Both the position numbers and the translations under genes were made by a program. From Bacteroidales bacterium (GTDB lineage: Bacteria; Bacteroidota; Bacteroidia; Bacteroidales; UBA932): a DNA stretch of 50,212 nucleotides. Where the stretch lies: positions 1-50,212 of the forward strand of contig JAFVED010000093.1 in NCBI GenBank assembly GCA_017478125.1. The letters run 5' to 3'. A model generated the notes under the pieces. It was not told the DNA's origin. It made no database searches and worked only from the letters and a program-made list of their open reading frames with translations. Of this stretch, positions 8,379 through 17,352 are shown piece after piece; the stretch's first letter is position 1, and every line of letters begins with the position of its first letter.

Positions 8379-9035
8379 ATGGAGACAACAAAAATCGTTT
8401 TCGCCACCGGCAACCGCGGGAAACTCCGCGAGGCTTCGGAAATCCTCGGGGAGAGTTTTGAACTTTTCACGCCAATGGATTACGGACTGACGGACGACAT
8501 TCCCGAAACCGGAACCACGCTCGAGGAGAATTCCCTCCAGAAAGCTGAATATATTCACGAAAGGCTTCACTGCAACTGCTTCGCGGATGACACCGGCCTT
8601 GAGGTGGATGCCCTTGGCGGTGCACCGGGGGTTTACACCGCACGCTACGCCGGGGAGTCCAAAGACTTCGGAAAGAATATGGACAAGGTTCTTTCGGAGT
8701 TGGAAGCTCTTGAGAATCAAGATTATACAACTACACGGAAGGCCCGGTTCCGCAGTGTCGTGACCCTCATTCTCGACGGCCAGATCCATCAGTTCGAAGG
8801 CATTATGGACGGAACCATCGCCAGGGAAAAATCCGGTCGGGGAGGCTTCGGCTACGATCCGATATTCATTCCCGATGAATATCCCGGGCTGACGGCCGCC
8901 GACATCTCCGAGGAGGAGAAAAATGAGATCTCCCACCGCGGCAAGGCTCTCCGCGCCATGGCCGCTTTCCTTCATTCCTGTCATCCTGAGCGTCCCTCCT
9001 GTCATTCCGAGCGAAGCGAAGGATCTGAGTCATGA
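8379..9035 (+). CDS. rdgB: Non-canonical purine NTP pyrophosphatase (Ham1/RdgB), with a repeat-encoded C-terminal tail
   Basis: ATGNRGK, ETGTTLEENS, ADDTGL, APGVYTARYAG, GFGYDPIF and ISHRGKAL motifs. Confidence 0.95.
   Translation: METTKIVFATGNRGKLREASEILGESFELFTPMDYGLTDDIPETGTTLEENSLQKAEYIHERLHCNCFADDTGLEVDALGGAPGVYTARYAGESKDFGKNMDKVLSELEALENQDYTTTRKARFRSVVTLILDGQIHQFEGIMDGTIAREKSGRGGFGYDPIFIPDEYPGLTAADISEEEKNEISHRGKALRAMAAFLHSCHPERPSCHSERSEGSES
8980..9026 (+). repeat. 26-bp GTCAT...GATCT hairpin repeat (9001-9026) preceded by a half copy (8980-8992), in the rdgB 3' end
   Basis: gtcattccgagcgaagcgaaggatct; the two together encode CHPERPSCHSERSEGS. Confidence 0.85.
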
Positions 9036-9727
9036 AGTCCAAGGCAGAACTGATAGTCCTGAACCACACCAAGTTCGGCGAGAACTCGATCGTGCTCCAC
9101 ACGCTAAGCGCCGAATATGGTCGCAGAGGATTCCTTGTGAAGGTCTCCCCCAAGACCTCGATGACCCTTTTCCTTCCCTTGAATATCCTCGAGGCAGAGG
9201 TTACGGAGAACCCGAAGTCCAATCTTTGGCACGCCAGGAACTTCGTGAGTGTCAGCCCTTTAAATGGGATAAGAAGCAATATTCACAAAAACACGATGAC
9301 GCTTTTCATGAGCGAGGTACTGTACCGGGTCGTGAAAGACCAGACCAACGAGGACGGCCTGGCCGACTGGCTGAAAGGCCAGATCCTGACCCTCGACGCC
9401 CTCCAGAGCGACTTCGCCAATTTCCATCTACTGTTCCTGCTGAATCTCTGCGCCGCCCTTGGCTTCGACCCCTCAGCCGATAGTCTCGCCCCATTTGTCG
9501 CGAACCGTCATCCTGAGCGTAGCGAAGGATCTTCCTCCGGCAAGAACCTGATCGCCCTCGAGTCGCTACTGCGCCTCCCCTTCGCCGAGGCCCTGCTCAT
9601 GCCCCTGTCCGGAGCCGACCGAAACGTCATCGTCGAATCGATTCTCAAATACATCGAGTACCACACCGAGTCCGCCGTCAATGTCCGCTCTCTCGCGGTG
9701 CTAAGAGAAATATACGTTGATTTTTAA
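9032..9727 (+). CDS. recO: DNA repair protein RecO (Bacteroidetes type)
   Basis: IVLNHTKFGENSIVLHTLSAEYGR OB-fold start, ANFHLLFL..L...LGF and YIEYH...VRSLAVLRE end. ATGA overlap with rdgB. Confidence 0.85.
   Translation: MKSKAELIVLNHTKFGENSIVLHTLSAEYGRRGFLVKVSPKTSMTLFLPLNILEAEVTENPKSNLWHARNFVSVSPLNGIRSNIHKNTMTLFMSEVLYRVVKDQTNEDGLADWLKGQILTLDALQSDFANFHLLFLLNLCAALGFDPSADSLAPFVANRHPERSEGSSSGKNLIALESLLRLPFAEALLMPLSGADRNVIVESILKYIEYHTESAVNVRSLAVLREIYVDF
9507..9532 (+). repeat. 26-bp hairpin repeat in-frame in recO
   Basis: gtcatcctgagcgtagcgaaggatct, encoding RHPERSEGS. Confidence 0.85.
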
Positions 9728-9739
9728 CTATTTCCGAAT

Positions 9740-10606
9740 ATGAACACATCAAAATTACTCCTTACGGCTGTCGCTACACTCGCCTGTGTGGCGGCCTACG
9801 CGCAAAAATCCTTCAGTCCCTCTTTGAGAAGCGAGCTGGTCTGCGATTTCGCCGACTGGACCCCGGAAAATGTCGAGGTCAAAGGCTCCACCCAAGGCTT
9901 CGCGATGCATGGGAAATACGCTTTCGTCATGCACGACAAGGGCTTCTGCTGCATCTTCGACATGAAGAAGAAAGCCTATGTCAACAGTTTCTTCATGCCT
10001 GGGAACACCGGCCACTGCAACAACGCCTGTTTCGGGGTCGAGAAAGCCTCGAAGAACTCCAAGTTCCCGCTGCTTTACATCTCCGAGTGCGGAGGCACGA
10101 GCTGCTGCTATGTCACGGACATCAACCTGGAAGGTAGCCGGGTTGTCCAGCGGATCTATTTTGACGGAAGCGGTTACGCGGGGACGATCGACTGGTGCCT
10201 CGACGCCAAGAACGGCTTCATCTACACCTACGGGGGCATCAACGGAGGATACAAGCTCCTAAAAAAATTCAAACTCCCGAAACTCTCAGACTCTGACGCT
10301 TCCGGAGAGGTTCACCTCACCGATGCCGATGTCCTTGACGAGACACGACTCGACAAGGGAATCAACATCTGGCAGGGCAGTTTCGTCCGAGGCCGCTACG
10401 CCTATCTCCCGGACGGTTATCCTCCCTACGACCATTTCCTGCACATCGTGGATCTCCAGGAGAAGGAGATAATAGTCTCAAAGAATATCACCGAGCTGGT
10501 CAACGAGCCTGAGGGCATCGACATCCATGGCAAGTGGGTCTATGTCGTCCTCCACACCCCCCGGCAGCCCCGCCACTCAGTCCTCCACCGCTTCAGCCTG
10601 AAATAG
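9740..10606 (+). CDS. Secreted hypothetical protein, probably beta-propeller
   Basis: Signal peptide ending AAYA; repeated beta-rich blades (QGFAMHGKYAF, WQGSFVRGRYAY, EPEGIDIHGKWVY). Confidence 0.7.
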   Translation: MNTSKLLLTAVATLACVAAYAQKSFSPSLRSELVCDFADWTPENVEVKGSTQGFAMHGKYAFVMHDKGFCCIFDMKKKAYVNSFFMPGNTGHCNNACFGVEKASKNSKFPLLYISECGGTSCCYVTDINLEGSRVVQRIYFDGSGYAGTIDWCLDAKNGFIYTYGGINGGYKLLKKFKLPKLSDSDASGEVHLTDADVLDETRLDKGINIWQGSFVRGRYAYLPDGYPPYDHFLHIVDLQEKEIIVSKNITELVNEPEGIDIHGKWVYVVLHTPRQPRHSVLHRFSLK

Positions 10607-10646
10607 GTCCGCGGCGGCAGTCCCTGTCTTCATACCAGATGTCCCA

Positions 10647-10744
10647 GTCATCCTTAAGCCTGCCCTGAGCGCCGTCCTGAGCTTGTCGAAGGGCCTGCCG
10701 AAGGGTGCGGCGAAGGGCTTGCCGAAGGGCGCGGCGAAGGATCT
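10647..10744 (+). repeat. 98-bp expanded form of the GTCAT...GATCT repeat (intergenic)
   Basis: gtcatccttaagc ctgccctgagc gccgtcctgagc ttgtcgaagggc ctgccgaagggt gcggcgaagggc ttgccgaagggc gcggcgaaggatct = 26 + 3x24 bp. Confidence 0.85.
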
Positions 10745-10774
10745 TCCGGCGCCGCAGTCCGTCCGCCCAACCAG

Positions 10775-10864
10775 ACATGTGGTGCTATTCGATGCACCAC
10801 ATGTCCGGTTTGGGCAGGATTATTCGCACATGTGGTGCTGTCCGATGCACCACGTGTCCGGTTT
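10775..10864. repeat. Two 37-bp palindromic direct repeats separated by 16 bp
   Basis: acatgtggtgctattcgatgcaccacatgtccggttt (10775-10811) and acatgtggtgctgtccgatgcaccacgtgtccggttt (10828-10864). Each folds into an 11-12 bp stem. They lie between convergent genes. Confidence 0.85.
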
Positions 10865-11995
10865 AATGTCAGTTAGTGGAGCGGGAAACCTTGGCGCCAG
10901 GTGTCGAAGAAACCGGGGAAGGATTTGGCGACGCAGGCGGTGTCGTCGATGACTATCGGGTCGTCGGCTCCGAGAGAGGCCACGGTCAGGGCCATGGCCA
11001 TCCGGTGGTCGTGATAGGAGGTGTATTCCCCGCCCTTGAGAAGCGCCCCCTTAAGGATGCGGTTTTCAAGGGAATGACCCTCAACAGTCAGGAGATCGCC
11101 TTCCGCATAGGCCGCTACACCCATCTTATTCAGGGTCTCAAGAATAGCTTTCCCCCTGTCGCTCTCTTTGCTGGGCAGCCTTTTGAATCAGAGAATATGG
11201 ATCGTACCACCGCAGAAAGCCGCCAGGACGGATACAATCGGGAACATGTCCGGTCAGTTGTTGAGATCTGTGTCGAAGGCCCGCAGCGGGGCGCGCTGGG
11301 CGGTGATGATGCCGGTTTCTTCCTCCTGCGAGAGGCTGGCTCCGGCGTCCATCAGGATGTCCATAATGGAGATGTCTGCCTGTAAAGAGGTGGTGTCCAA
11401 GCCTTTAAGCCGTACTTTTCCGAACACGGAACCGGCCACAAGGAAGTTGGCGGCGACGCTCCAGTCGCCCTCAACAGCGAAATTGGCCGGCTTGTACCGC
11501 TGCCCGCCTTTGATCTTGAAAGTTATGCCTGTGCAAAGGCTCCAGTCCTGGGTCTCCATGAACTCCTCGTCACCCTCCATCTCGCTCCCTATCCTGATCC
11601 CGAACTTCTTCAGGACATCAAGGGTGATGAACATGTATGGGATGCTCTTAGGATCGTGGACATGGATAACCGAGTCGCCTTGCAGGAGAGGGAGAGCCAT
11701 CAACAGGCCTGAGATAAGCTGGGAGCCGTCTTTACCGGAAATATCCACCTTTCCAGGAAGCAATGGACCCTGGACAGAAAGCGGCACCTTGATGTCCCCG
11801 GTCGACTGCTCACCAAGAGGCCTCAAAACAGTCCCGAACCGGGCCATTATCTCCGTGGCACCTTTCAGCGTCCGGTTAAGAAGGGTTCCCTCGCCGGTGA
11901 TCTCAATCGGTTGGGAACCAAGGCTTTGCAAAGCCGCCACAATCGGGATCAAAAGCCTTGTCAACAGGCCGGACTCTCCGACGTGGAGACTGGAC

Positions 11996-12069
11996 AGATC
12001 CTTAGCTCCGCCCTTAGGCAAGCCCTCCGAAAGGCTCAGGGCGGCGCCCGGAGCTGGCTTCAGGATGAC
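11996..12069 (-). repeat. 74-bp (26+2x24) nested form of the repeat, in-frame in aroA
   Basis: Minus strand gtcatcctgaagc cagctccgggc gccgccctgagc ctttcggagggc ttgcctaagggc ggagctaaggatct, encoding VILKPAPGAALSLSEGLPKGGAKDL. Confidence 0.8.
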
Positions 12070-12135
12070 ACGTAGTTCCTCCGCGACCTTGAGAGCGGCG
12101 TCGGTGTCGCCACAAGGTGTACACCCGGAGAGATG

Positions 12136-12161
12136 AGATTCTTCGCTTCGCTCAGAATGAC
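12136..12161 (-). repeat. 26-bp hairpin repeat in-frame in aroA
   Basis: Minus strand gtcattctgagcgaagcgaagaatct, encoding CHSERSEES. Confidence 0.88.
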
Positions 12162-12956
12162 AGAAATGCCCAGGCTGACCAGAGGTGCCAGGCTGACAGG
12201 GTTGAACCGGCTGCCAGTCAGCGAGGGCGGCGGCGATGATGGCCCTCTGGGCGAAACTCTTTGAGGCCGGCATCTGGAGGGGGGCGGGAGATTCTCCGAA
12301 GGATCTACCGTACAGCGTTTCCGTCATCCGGGAATATGCCCACTGGCCGGGGGCTGCGGCCTCGGCCTCGGACAAGGCGGCGTAGGTGAACGGCGCGCCG
12401 AGTCTCAGGCACTCAAGACGGCTCTCCCGACCGGCCGCGCCCATGGCGAAAGCCACGAGACGGCCTTCCTCATATTCATCATAAAGGGACAACACCCTGG
12501 CAACATCATCCTCAGAACAAGCTGACACAGCGATCTTTATGATCTCTCCGCCGAACTTCCTGCATTTCTCCGCAGTGTCCCTCAAAGAATCCAAGGAAGG
12601 AGTCCCGTCAAAGAAATGAGCAGACCGTATCATCCTCGTCCCGAACTCGCTACAAGAACGGCGAAGTCGTTTGCCGACCTCTTTCGGAGCCTCTATCTCA
12701 AGGTCGATGAACGCGGCTCCGGCCTCAATGGCGGCCTGGAGTTTGGCCTCGGACTCCTCCCAGGTGCCGCTTCCGTCGCCGGCGACCCTGCAAGTGGCCA
12801 CCAAGGGAGTGTCGAAACCGGAGAACAACTCGGCTATATCGCCCTCGTCAAGAGGACAGCGGTCCAGCCGGATCTCCGCCATCTGGATGGACGGGACGGA
12901 ATTCTCAAGGACGCCGGCTATCTCCTCAAGGGGTTTGTTTTGGATGGTGACGCAAA

Positions 12957-13997
12957 TCATTTTCGCAGAAGGCTTGTCACATATTCAGGGGACAGATCCA
13001 TTGTCTCCACATTTCCGACACGGCGGGGGATCACGAAGTGGACCACATCTCCCTCGGCTTTCTTGTCTTTTCTCATGGCTCCGGTCAGGGAATCAATCCC
13101 GAAAGGACACGCGGTAGGCATCCCGCACGCCTCAAAATCGGCTTTCAACCGTTCCGCGAAGCCGTTCTCGGCTACACCGAGACGCTCTGCCAGCCGGGCG
13201 GCGAGGATGGTGCCCATCGACACCGCGTTCCCATGGCAGACCCGCTCCAGGGACTCTTTCTCGATGGCATGGGCAAAGGTGTGGCCGAGGTTGAGAAGCC
13301 TTCGCTCGCCCCGCTCAAACGGATCGCGGCCGGCTATCCCGGCCTTGATCCTGGCCGCAGCCGAGATCAGCTCACCAAGTTTCCCCGAATAATCCCCCAT
13401 CTCTCCCCCGGCTTTACGGATCCCGGAAAGAACGCTGACAGCCTCCTCATAGTCGCCTCCGGAGTTGTCGATGATGAATGTCTTGAGCAGTTCGGAGGCT
13501 CCGCTCACGATCTGGGTATATGGCAGGGTATCAAGAGATTCCGGGCAAATGAAAACAGCCTCAGGCTGGCGTATGACACCGATCATGTTCTTGTAGGAGT
13601 CGAGATTGACCCCGTTCTTACCCCCGATCGATGCGTCAACTTGGGATAGCAGGGTAGTTGGCACGAAAGCGAAACGTATGCCCCTCTTGTAGATCGAGGC
13701 GGCGAATCCGGCCATGTCGGTGGTGATCCCACCGCCAATACCCAGAAGAAGGGCTTCCCTGTCAGCACCCTGCTCCATCAGCCAACGGTCTATCCTGATG
13801 ACAGTCGAGATGTCCTTGTCACCCTCCGTGGCGTCAATCTCGAACACCGCGGCCGCTTCCGCCCCGATTCTATCCGCAACCCACCGCACATTCCGGTCGC
13901 AGACAAGGAATATCTGACGCGCCCGGTCCGATTTCAGGAATGTCCCCACCTCCGAGATTGGACAGTGAATGATATTGATCTGGTCCCCCAATTGCAT
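12957..13997 (-). CDS. aroB: 3-dehydroquinate synthase
   Basis: GGGITTDMAGF, PTTLLSQVDASIGGKNGVN, LNLGHTFAHAIE, HGNAV and DKK motifs. Confidence 0.95.
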   Translation of the reverse strand: MQLGDQINIIHCPISEVGTFLKSDRARQIFLVCDRNVRWVADRIGAEAAAVFEIDATEGDKDISTVIRIDRWLMEQGADREALLLGIGGGITTDMAGFAASIYKRGIRFAFVPTTLLSQVDASIGGKNGVNLDSYKNMIGVIRQPEAVFICPESLDTLPYTQIVSGASELLKTFIIDNSGGDYEEAVSVLSGIRKAGGEMGDYSGKLGELISAAARIKAGIAGRDPFERGERRLLNLGHTFAHAIEKESLERVCHGNAVSMGTILAARLAERLGVAENGFAERLKADFEACGMPTACPFGIDSLTGAMRKDKKAEGDVVHFVIPRRVGNVETMDLSPEYVTSLLRK

Positions 13998-14106
13998 GCT
14001 TTTTATAATTAATTGAATAAAAGCAGTTTACAAAAAAACAGGCAACCAAGTAAGCCACGCTTTTTCCGTAAAACACCACTGATGAGTCAGTTACAAAACA
14101 TTTAGC

Positions 14107-14529
14107 TTAAAAGTCGTAGATATTGATGCCGATCGAGGGCTCGAACCGCCGTCCGACCTTGCCGTGGAACCTCGTGACCACCAACTCGCAAGCCCCATTC
14201 AGGGTACAGCACATAAGGTGGCCGCCGACGACTGTGTAGTCCCTGCGGCCGAAATTGGCGTGGAGGTGAAGATAGGGCTTGCCGTCTTTCTCTGAGATGT
14301 TCCCCACAAGGCTGGAGATCTCCATCTGCTCCTCGAAAGTCTTGTCGACATATTTTCTCGTGGAAGGGTCAAGGAAGCGCAGGGTAGCCGAGTTCACGGC
14401 CCCGATCCCGCTGATCTCACCGGCGAGGATCCCCTGTTCCTCGCAAAAAGCCATCAAAGCAGCCACCACTTCCTGGTGGTTGTCGACGCTCACGACATAC
14501 TTGTCGCCGTCCTGGACAAAAGTGTACAT
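14107..14529 (-). CDS. PPC/DUF296 domain protein
   Basis: GIGAV, EISSLVGNIS, HLHANF and GGHL motifs. Confidence 0.9.
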   Translation of the reverse strand: MYTFVQDGDKYVVSVDNHQEVVAALMAFCEEQGILAGEISGIGAVNSATLRFLDPSTRKYVDKTFEEQMEISSLVGNISEKDGKPYLHLHANFGRRDYTVVGGHLMCCTLNGACELVVTRFHGKVGRRFEPSIGINIYDF

Positions 14530-14582
14530 ATCCGCTAATTCTCAAAATTTTGTGAATATAGCGAATTTTCGGAAGAATCCCT

Positions 14583-16028
14583 TTATTCCTTGGAGCGGTA
14601 ACCGCCGTATTTGTCAAGGAAGCCGTAGGTGAAACCGAGAGGATTAGCCGGATCAGAGGCGTCGGTAACTATGCAGAAGGTCTCAAGGATCTCCTTGACA
14701 GACAGGCCTTTCTCCTTGAAATACTCAAGGCACCGAGCGTTCTCCTTCCCGTCGAATGTCTTAGGAGTCTTCTCCCCCAGACGGATCGTCTGCTCCGAGG
14801 GGCGAAGGGAGCGGAGCCCGTTCTCGTCGCGTCCCTGGAGGATGTAAAGGATGTCACCGGCCTTGCCCGCTTTCTTAAGGTTATAGTCAAGCGCTTCTTT
14901 CTCATACATAGCCACTTCCGCTATAAGACCACCGCCTTCTGTCACCTTTCGGCTCGCCCTGTTGAAACAGACCGCGAGCCTCATGGAGGAAAACTCCGTG
15001 CAGAAATTGAAGTCTCCGGTAGAGTCCATGAATCCGGCGCGGGGGCCCTTTCCGCCATAACGGGGGACAAGGCATCTGCGGATCGCCTCAGTCTTCCCGT
15101 TGCCCCAAGGCTGTGTCCGGGTCGGGATGCTGTCCCTGACCCAAGTCCCGTCCGGTCCGGCCAGGAAGCCGTAGCCGTCAGTGTAGTCGTATTCCGGCAG
15201 GTATCTCCCCTCAGAGTCCCTCGCCATTGTCATAGCGATGACTCCCTTGCAGTAGTCATGGAGACCGAACACGTCGACCGCCGCCATCACAGGCGCCACC
15301 TCCGAGGCAGAGCAGACCCACACATCAAACCCGTTCTCATCCAACGCCTTCCACAGCTCGCGGATGTTGTCGGTGACGCTGATCCCGTCGGTCCAGGAAT
15401 ATGTCCCGGCAGGGCCGGTCCATGAGCGGCGAAGTGTCTCGACCCCGGAGTAAAGCTCATGGGATCTCTTTGCCATCGAATATATCTCTTCCCCGGTCAT
15501 ACCGGCGAACCATCCCATGGTCCAGAGATAGGCCTCGTCGGCGGTCATGTAATTCTGCAGGAGCCCGTACATGCAGCCCATCTCCGAGGCGAAACGCTCC
15601 CACGCGGGATCCTCCCTCATCTTTACCCCGGTGTTGTTGTCGACTCCTTCCGGGGTGAAAGGCCCGTAGCGGCCATAGAGATACCCGTAACCGCTGATCA
15701 TTTCCCGCAGCACTTTCTGAAGGGTCTCAGGGTAGGATCCCATCCCGGTGAAAGCCATGTCGGAGAACTCGTCTGGGGTGAGATTGAAGCACATGTTCTC
15801 AAGCTGGAAAGTCATGAGCTGGACGGAGATGTCAAAGATCGAACAGGTGTTGTCGAAGTCGAACACGACATATTGCCGCTCTTTCTTGTTCCCTTCGGAG
15901 CGGATGAGGTCATTGAGGGCCTTCCTGGCATCGGGGGTCCAGTCCGGATGGGTAACATACTGGGTACATGCCTGTGTGGCGAGGAGGGCGGCGAAAAGCA
16001 AAACCCTGCGGAAACAACTCATTCTCAT
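14583..16028 (-). CDS. HAD-superfamily hydrolase lipoprotein
   Basis: Lipobox-like TQAC; HAD motif I VFDFDNT, motif II VCSAS, conserved K (GK), and motif IV-like DSTGD. Confidence 0.8.
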   Translation of the reverse strand: MRMSCFRRVLLFAALLATQACTQYVTHPDWTPDARKALNDLIRSEGNKKERQYVVFDFDNTCSIFDISVQLMTFQLENMCFNLTPDEFSDMAFTGMGSYPETLQKVLREMISGYGYLYGRYGPFTPEGVDNNTGVKMREDPAWERFASEMGCMYGLLQNYMTADEAYLWTMGWFAGMTGEEIYSMAKRSHELYSGVETLRRSWTGPAGTYSWTDGISVTDNIRELWKALDENGFDVWVCSASEVAPVMAAVDVFGLHDYCKGVIAMTMARDSEGRYLPEYDYTDGYGFLAGPDGTWVRDSIPTRTQPWGNGKTEAIRRCLVPRYGGKGPRAGFMDSTGDFNFCTEFSSMRLAVCFNRASRKVTEGGGLIAEVAMYEKEALDYNLKKAGKAGDILYILQGRDENGLRSLRPSEQTIRLGEKTPKTFDGKENARCLEYFKEKGLSVKEILETFCIVTDASDPANPLGFTYGFLDKYGGYRSKE

Positions 16029-16046
16029 TATATTATACGAATATCA

Positions 16047-17270
16047 TCACATCATGAGCCAACGGCTGAGGCTCTCATGGCCTCCGACGACCACGAACTT
16101 GTATTGATCTGACTGCCCGATCTTGTCGAGGTCATACCTGAACTCCCTGTCCCCGGCTTTCAGATCCCCGAGATGGATCCAGTTCTCTCTCCCGGTGGTC
16201 TTGAAATCATTGGCAGGGCAAGCGTACACGCTCACAGGAGCGGATTTCTTCCAAGCCCTCCACGTCAGGATCACCTCGCGGTCGTAAGTGCTGACCTCCA
16301 GGTCGCTTATCTCCGTCTTGCCGATGAAGGGGATGCCATCCCTCTCCCAAGCCACTTGATCCGGCACTTCCATCCCGAGGAACTCGCAGACGGTGGGATT
16401 GATGTCGACCATTGAGGCGTCCCCGTCCTTGAACCGCCTGTTGACTTTCTGGTTGGTGGCGATCCAGGTCGCCCTCTCCCTCGGGGACTGCCCGCCGTGG
16501 CCGCGGCCGTTGACGGTCCGCCCGTGGTCGGTGGTGACGATCACCATCCAATCCTCGCCAAAACGCTTCTGGCGGTACTGGACGGCCTGCCAGACACGAT
16601 CTATCTGCTCTCCGGCCTTGAGGATATACTCGTCGAAATAAGAGCCGTTCCCGTACATGTGGGAGGCGTCGTCCGTGTACCAGAGATAGACCCAGCTTAG
16701 GTCAGGGGCGTCCTCCCGGATACATTTCTCCGCCTCGCGGGAGACCCGCTCGTCGTAGTCGAACACGTTGAGATCCTTCTCCTTGTCAGGATAGTTTACC
16801 TTGTCAAGGTCGTAACCGTCTCTGACATAATCAATCTTGAGATCTCCGGTCTCCGGCTTGCCTTCCCCGAGAAGGACTGTCCTGTTGTCTGTCCAGCTTG
16901 AGAATATGCCTGTTCTCAATGGTTTACCCTGCTCTTTGGCTATCCTGAACAGCGACCAGTAATTGTAGTTCGGAGAAAGGTTGCTGTTGCCGTAGACATT
17001 GTGCTTGTTGACCCAGACTCCGGTGAGCATGCTGTTGTAACCCACGGCGGAGATGGTCGGTGTCTGGTTGTACATCCCGACTTCTCCTCCTACATGGCTG
17101 GCGCCGAAAGCGCCGTGGCTGGCGATGTCGAAGATCACGGGCACATGGAGCCTCTCCACGACATCCCGTGGGATCCCGTCGACGATTATGATGACCGCCT
17201 TCCTCTCCCTCGAGGACATGGCAAGGCAGCAAGCAAGGAACAAAATGGAGGATAATAGCGCTTTTCTCAT
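16047..17270 (-). CDS. Alkaline phosphatase-superfamily (nucleotide pyrophosphatase/phosphodiesterase-like) exported protein
   Basis: IIVDGI, PTISAVG..LTG, DDASH..G and TTDHG...HGG motifs; signal peptide. Confidence 0.85.
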   Translation of the reverse strand: MRKALLSSILFLACCLAMSSRERKAVIIIVDGIPRDVVERLHVPVIFDIASHGAFGASHVGGEVGMYNQTPTISAVGYNSMLTGVWVNKHNVYGNSNLSPNYNYWSLFRIAKEQGKPLRTGIFSSWTDNRTVLLGEGKPETGDLKIDYVRDGYDLDKVNYPDKEKDLNVFDYDERVSREAEKCIREDAPDLSWVYLWYTDDASHMYGNGSYFDEYILKAGEQIDRVWQAVQYRQKRFGEDWMVIVTTDHGRTVNGRGHGGQSPRERATWIATNQKVNRRFKDGDASMVDINPTVCEFLGMEVPDQVAWERDGIPFIGKTEISDLEVSTYDREVILTWRAWKKSAPVSVYACPANDFKTTGRENWIHLGDLKAGDREFRYDLDKIGQSDQYKFVVVGGHESLSRWLMM

Positions 17271-17352
17271 GTCAAAAAAATCTACACAAAGATAACAGAT
17301 TATTCTTTTAAGGATACGGTTTTTTGGGTAGATTCGCGTGGCACATAGTACT

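Larger units (their letters stand above)
10873..12960 (-). pseudogene. aroA: Type I 3-dehydroquinate dehydratase / EPSP synthase fusion, interrupted by two in-frame TGA codons (pseudogene or consensus error)
   Basis: N-terminal AroD (AEIRLD, IDLE, IRSAH, IKIA, AFAMG, APGQ), then AroA (PASKSFAQRA, GESG..TR, SQLISGLLMA, EGDWS, KESDR, DHRMAMA, KSFPGFF). TGA at 11254-11256 and 11188-11190, with no frameshift down to TAA at 10873. Confidence 0.85.

Noticed and set aside
10775-10864. Possible mini CRISPR array (37-bp palindromic repeats)
   Set aside because: Only two repeats, a 16-bp spacer (too short), no leader and no cas genes in the window.
10593-10952. Small ORFs with repetitive peptides (RQALRR..., KGLPKGAA...)
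   Set aside because: These are translations of the 98-bp repeat with no independent coding evidence.
11188-11256. TGA recoding (selenocysteine or genetic code 25) in aroA
   Set aside because: The two TGAs correspond to different expected residues (Cys and Gly), and many neighbouring genes (purH, rdgB, aroB, GH106) end at TGA with ATGA overlaps or conserved C-termini.
13998-14106. AT-rich spacer upstream of aroB with short ttacaaaa repeats; possible attenuator or recombination site
   Set aside because: No aromatic-rich leader peptide, convincing hairpin or paired site elsewhere could be supported.
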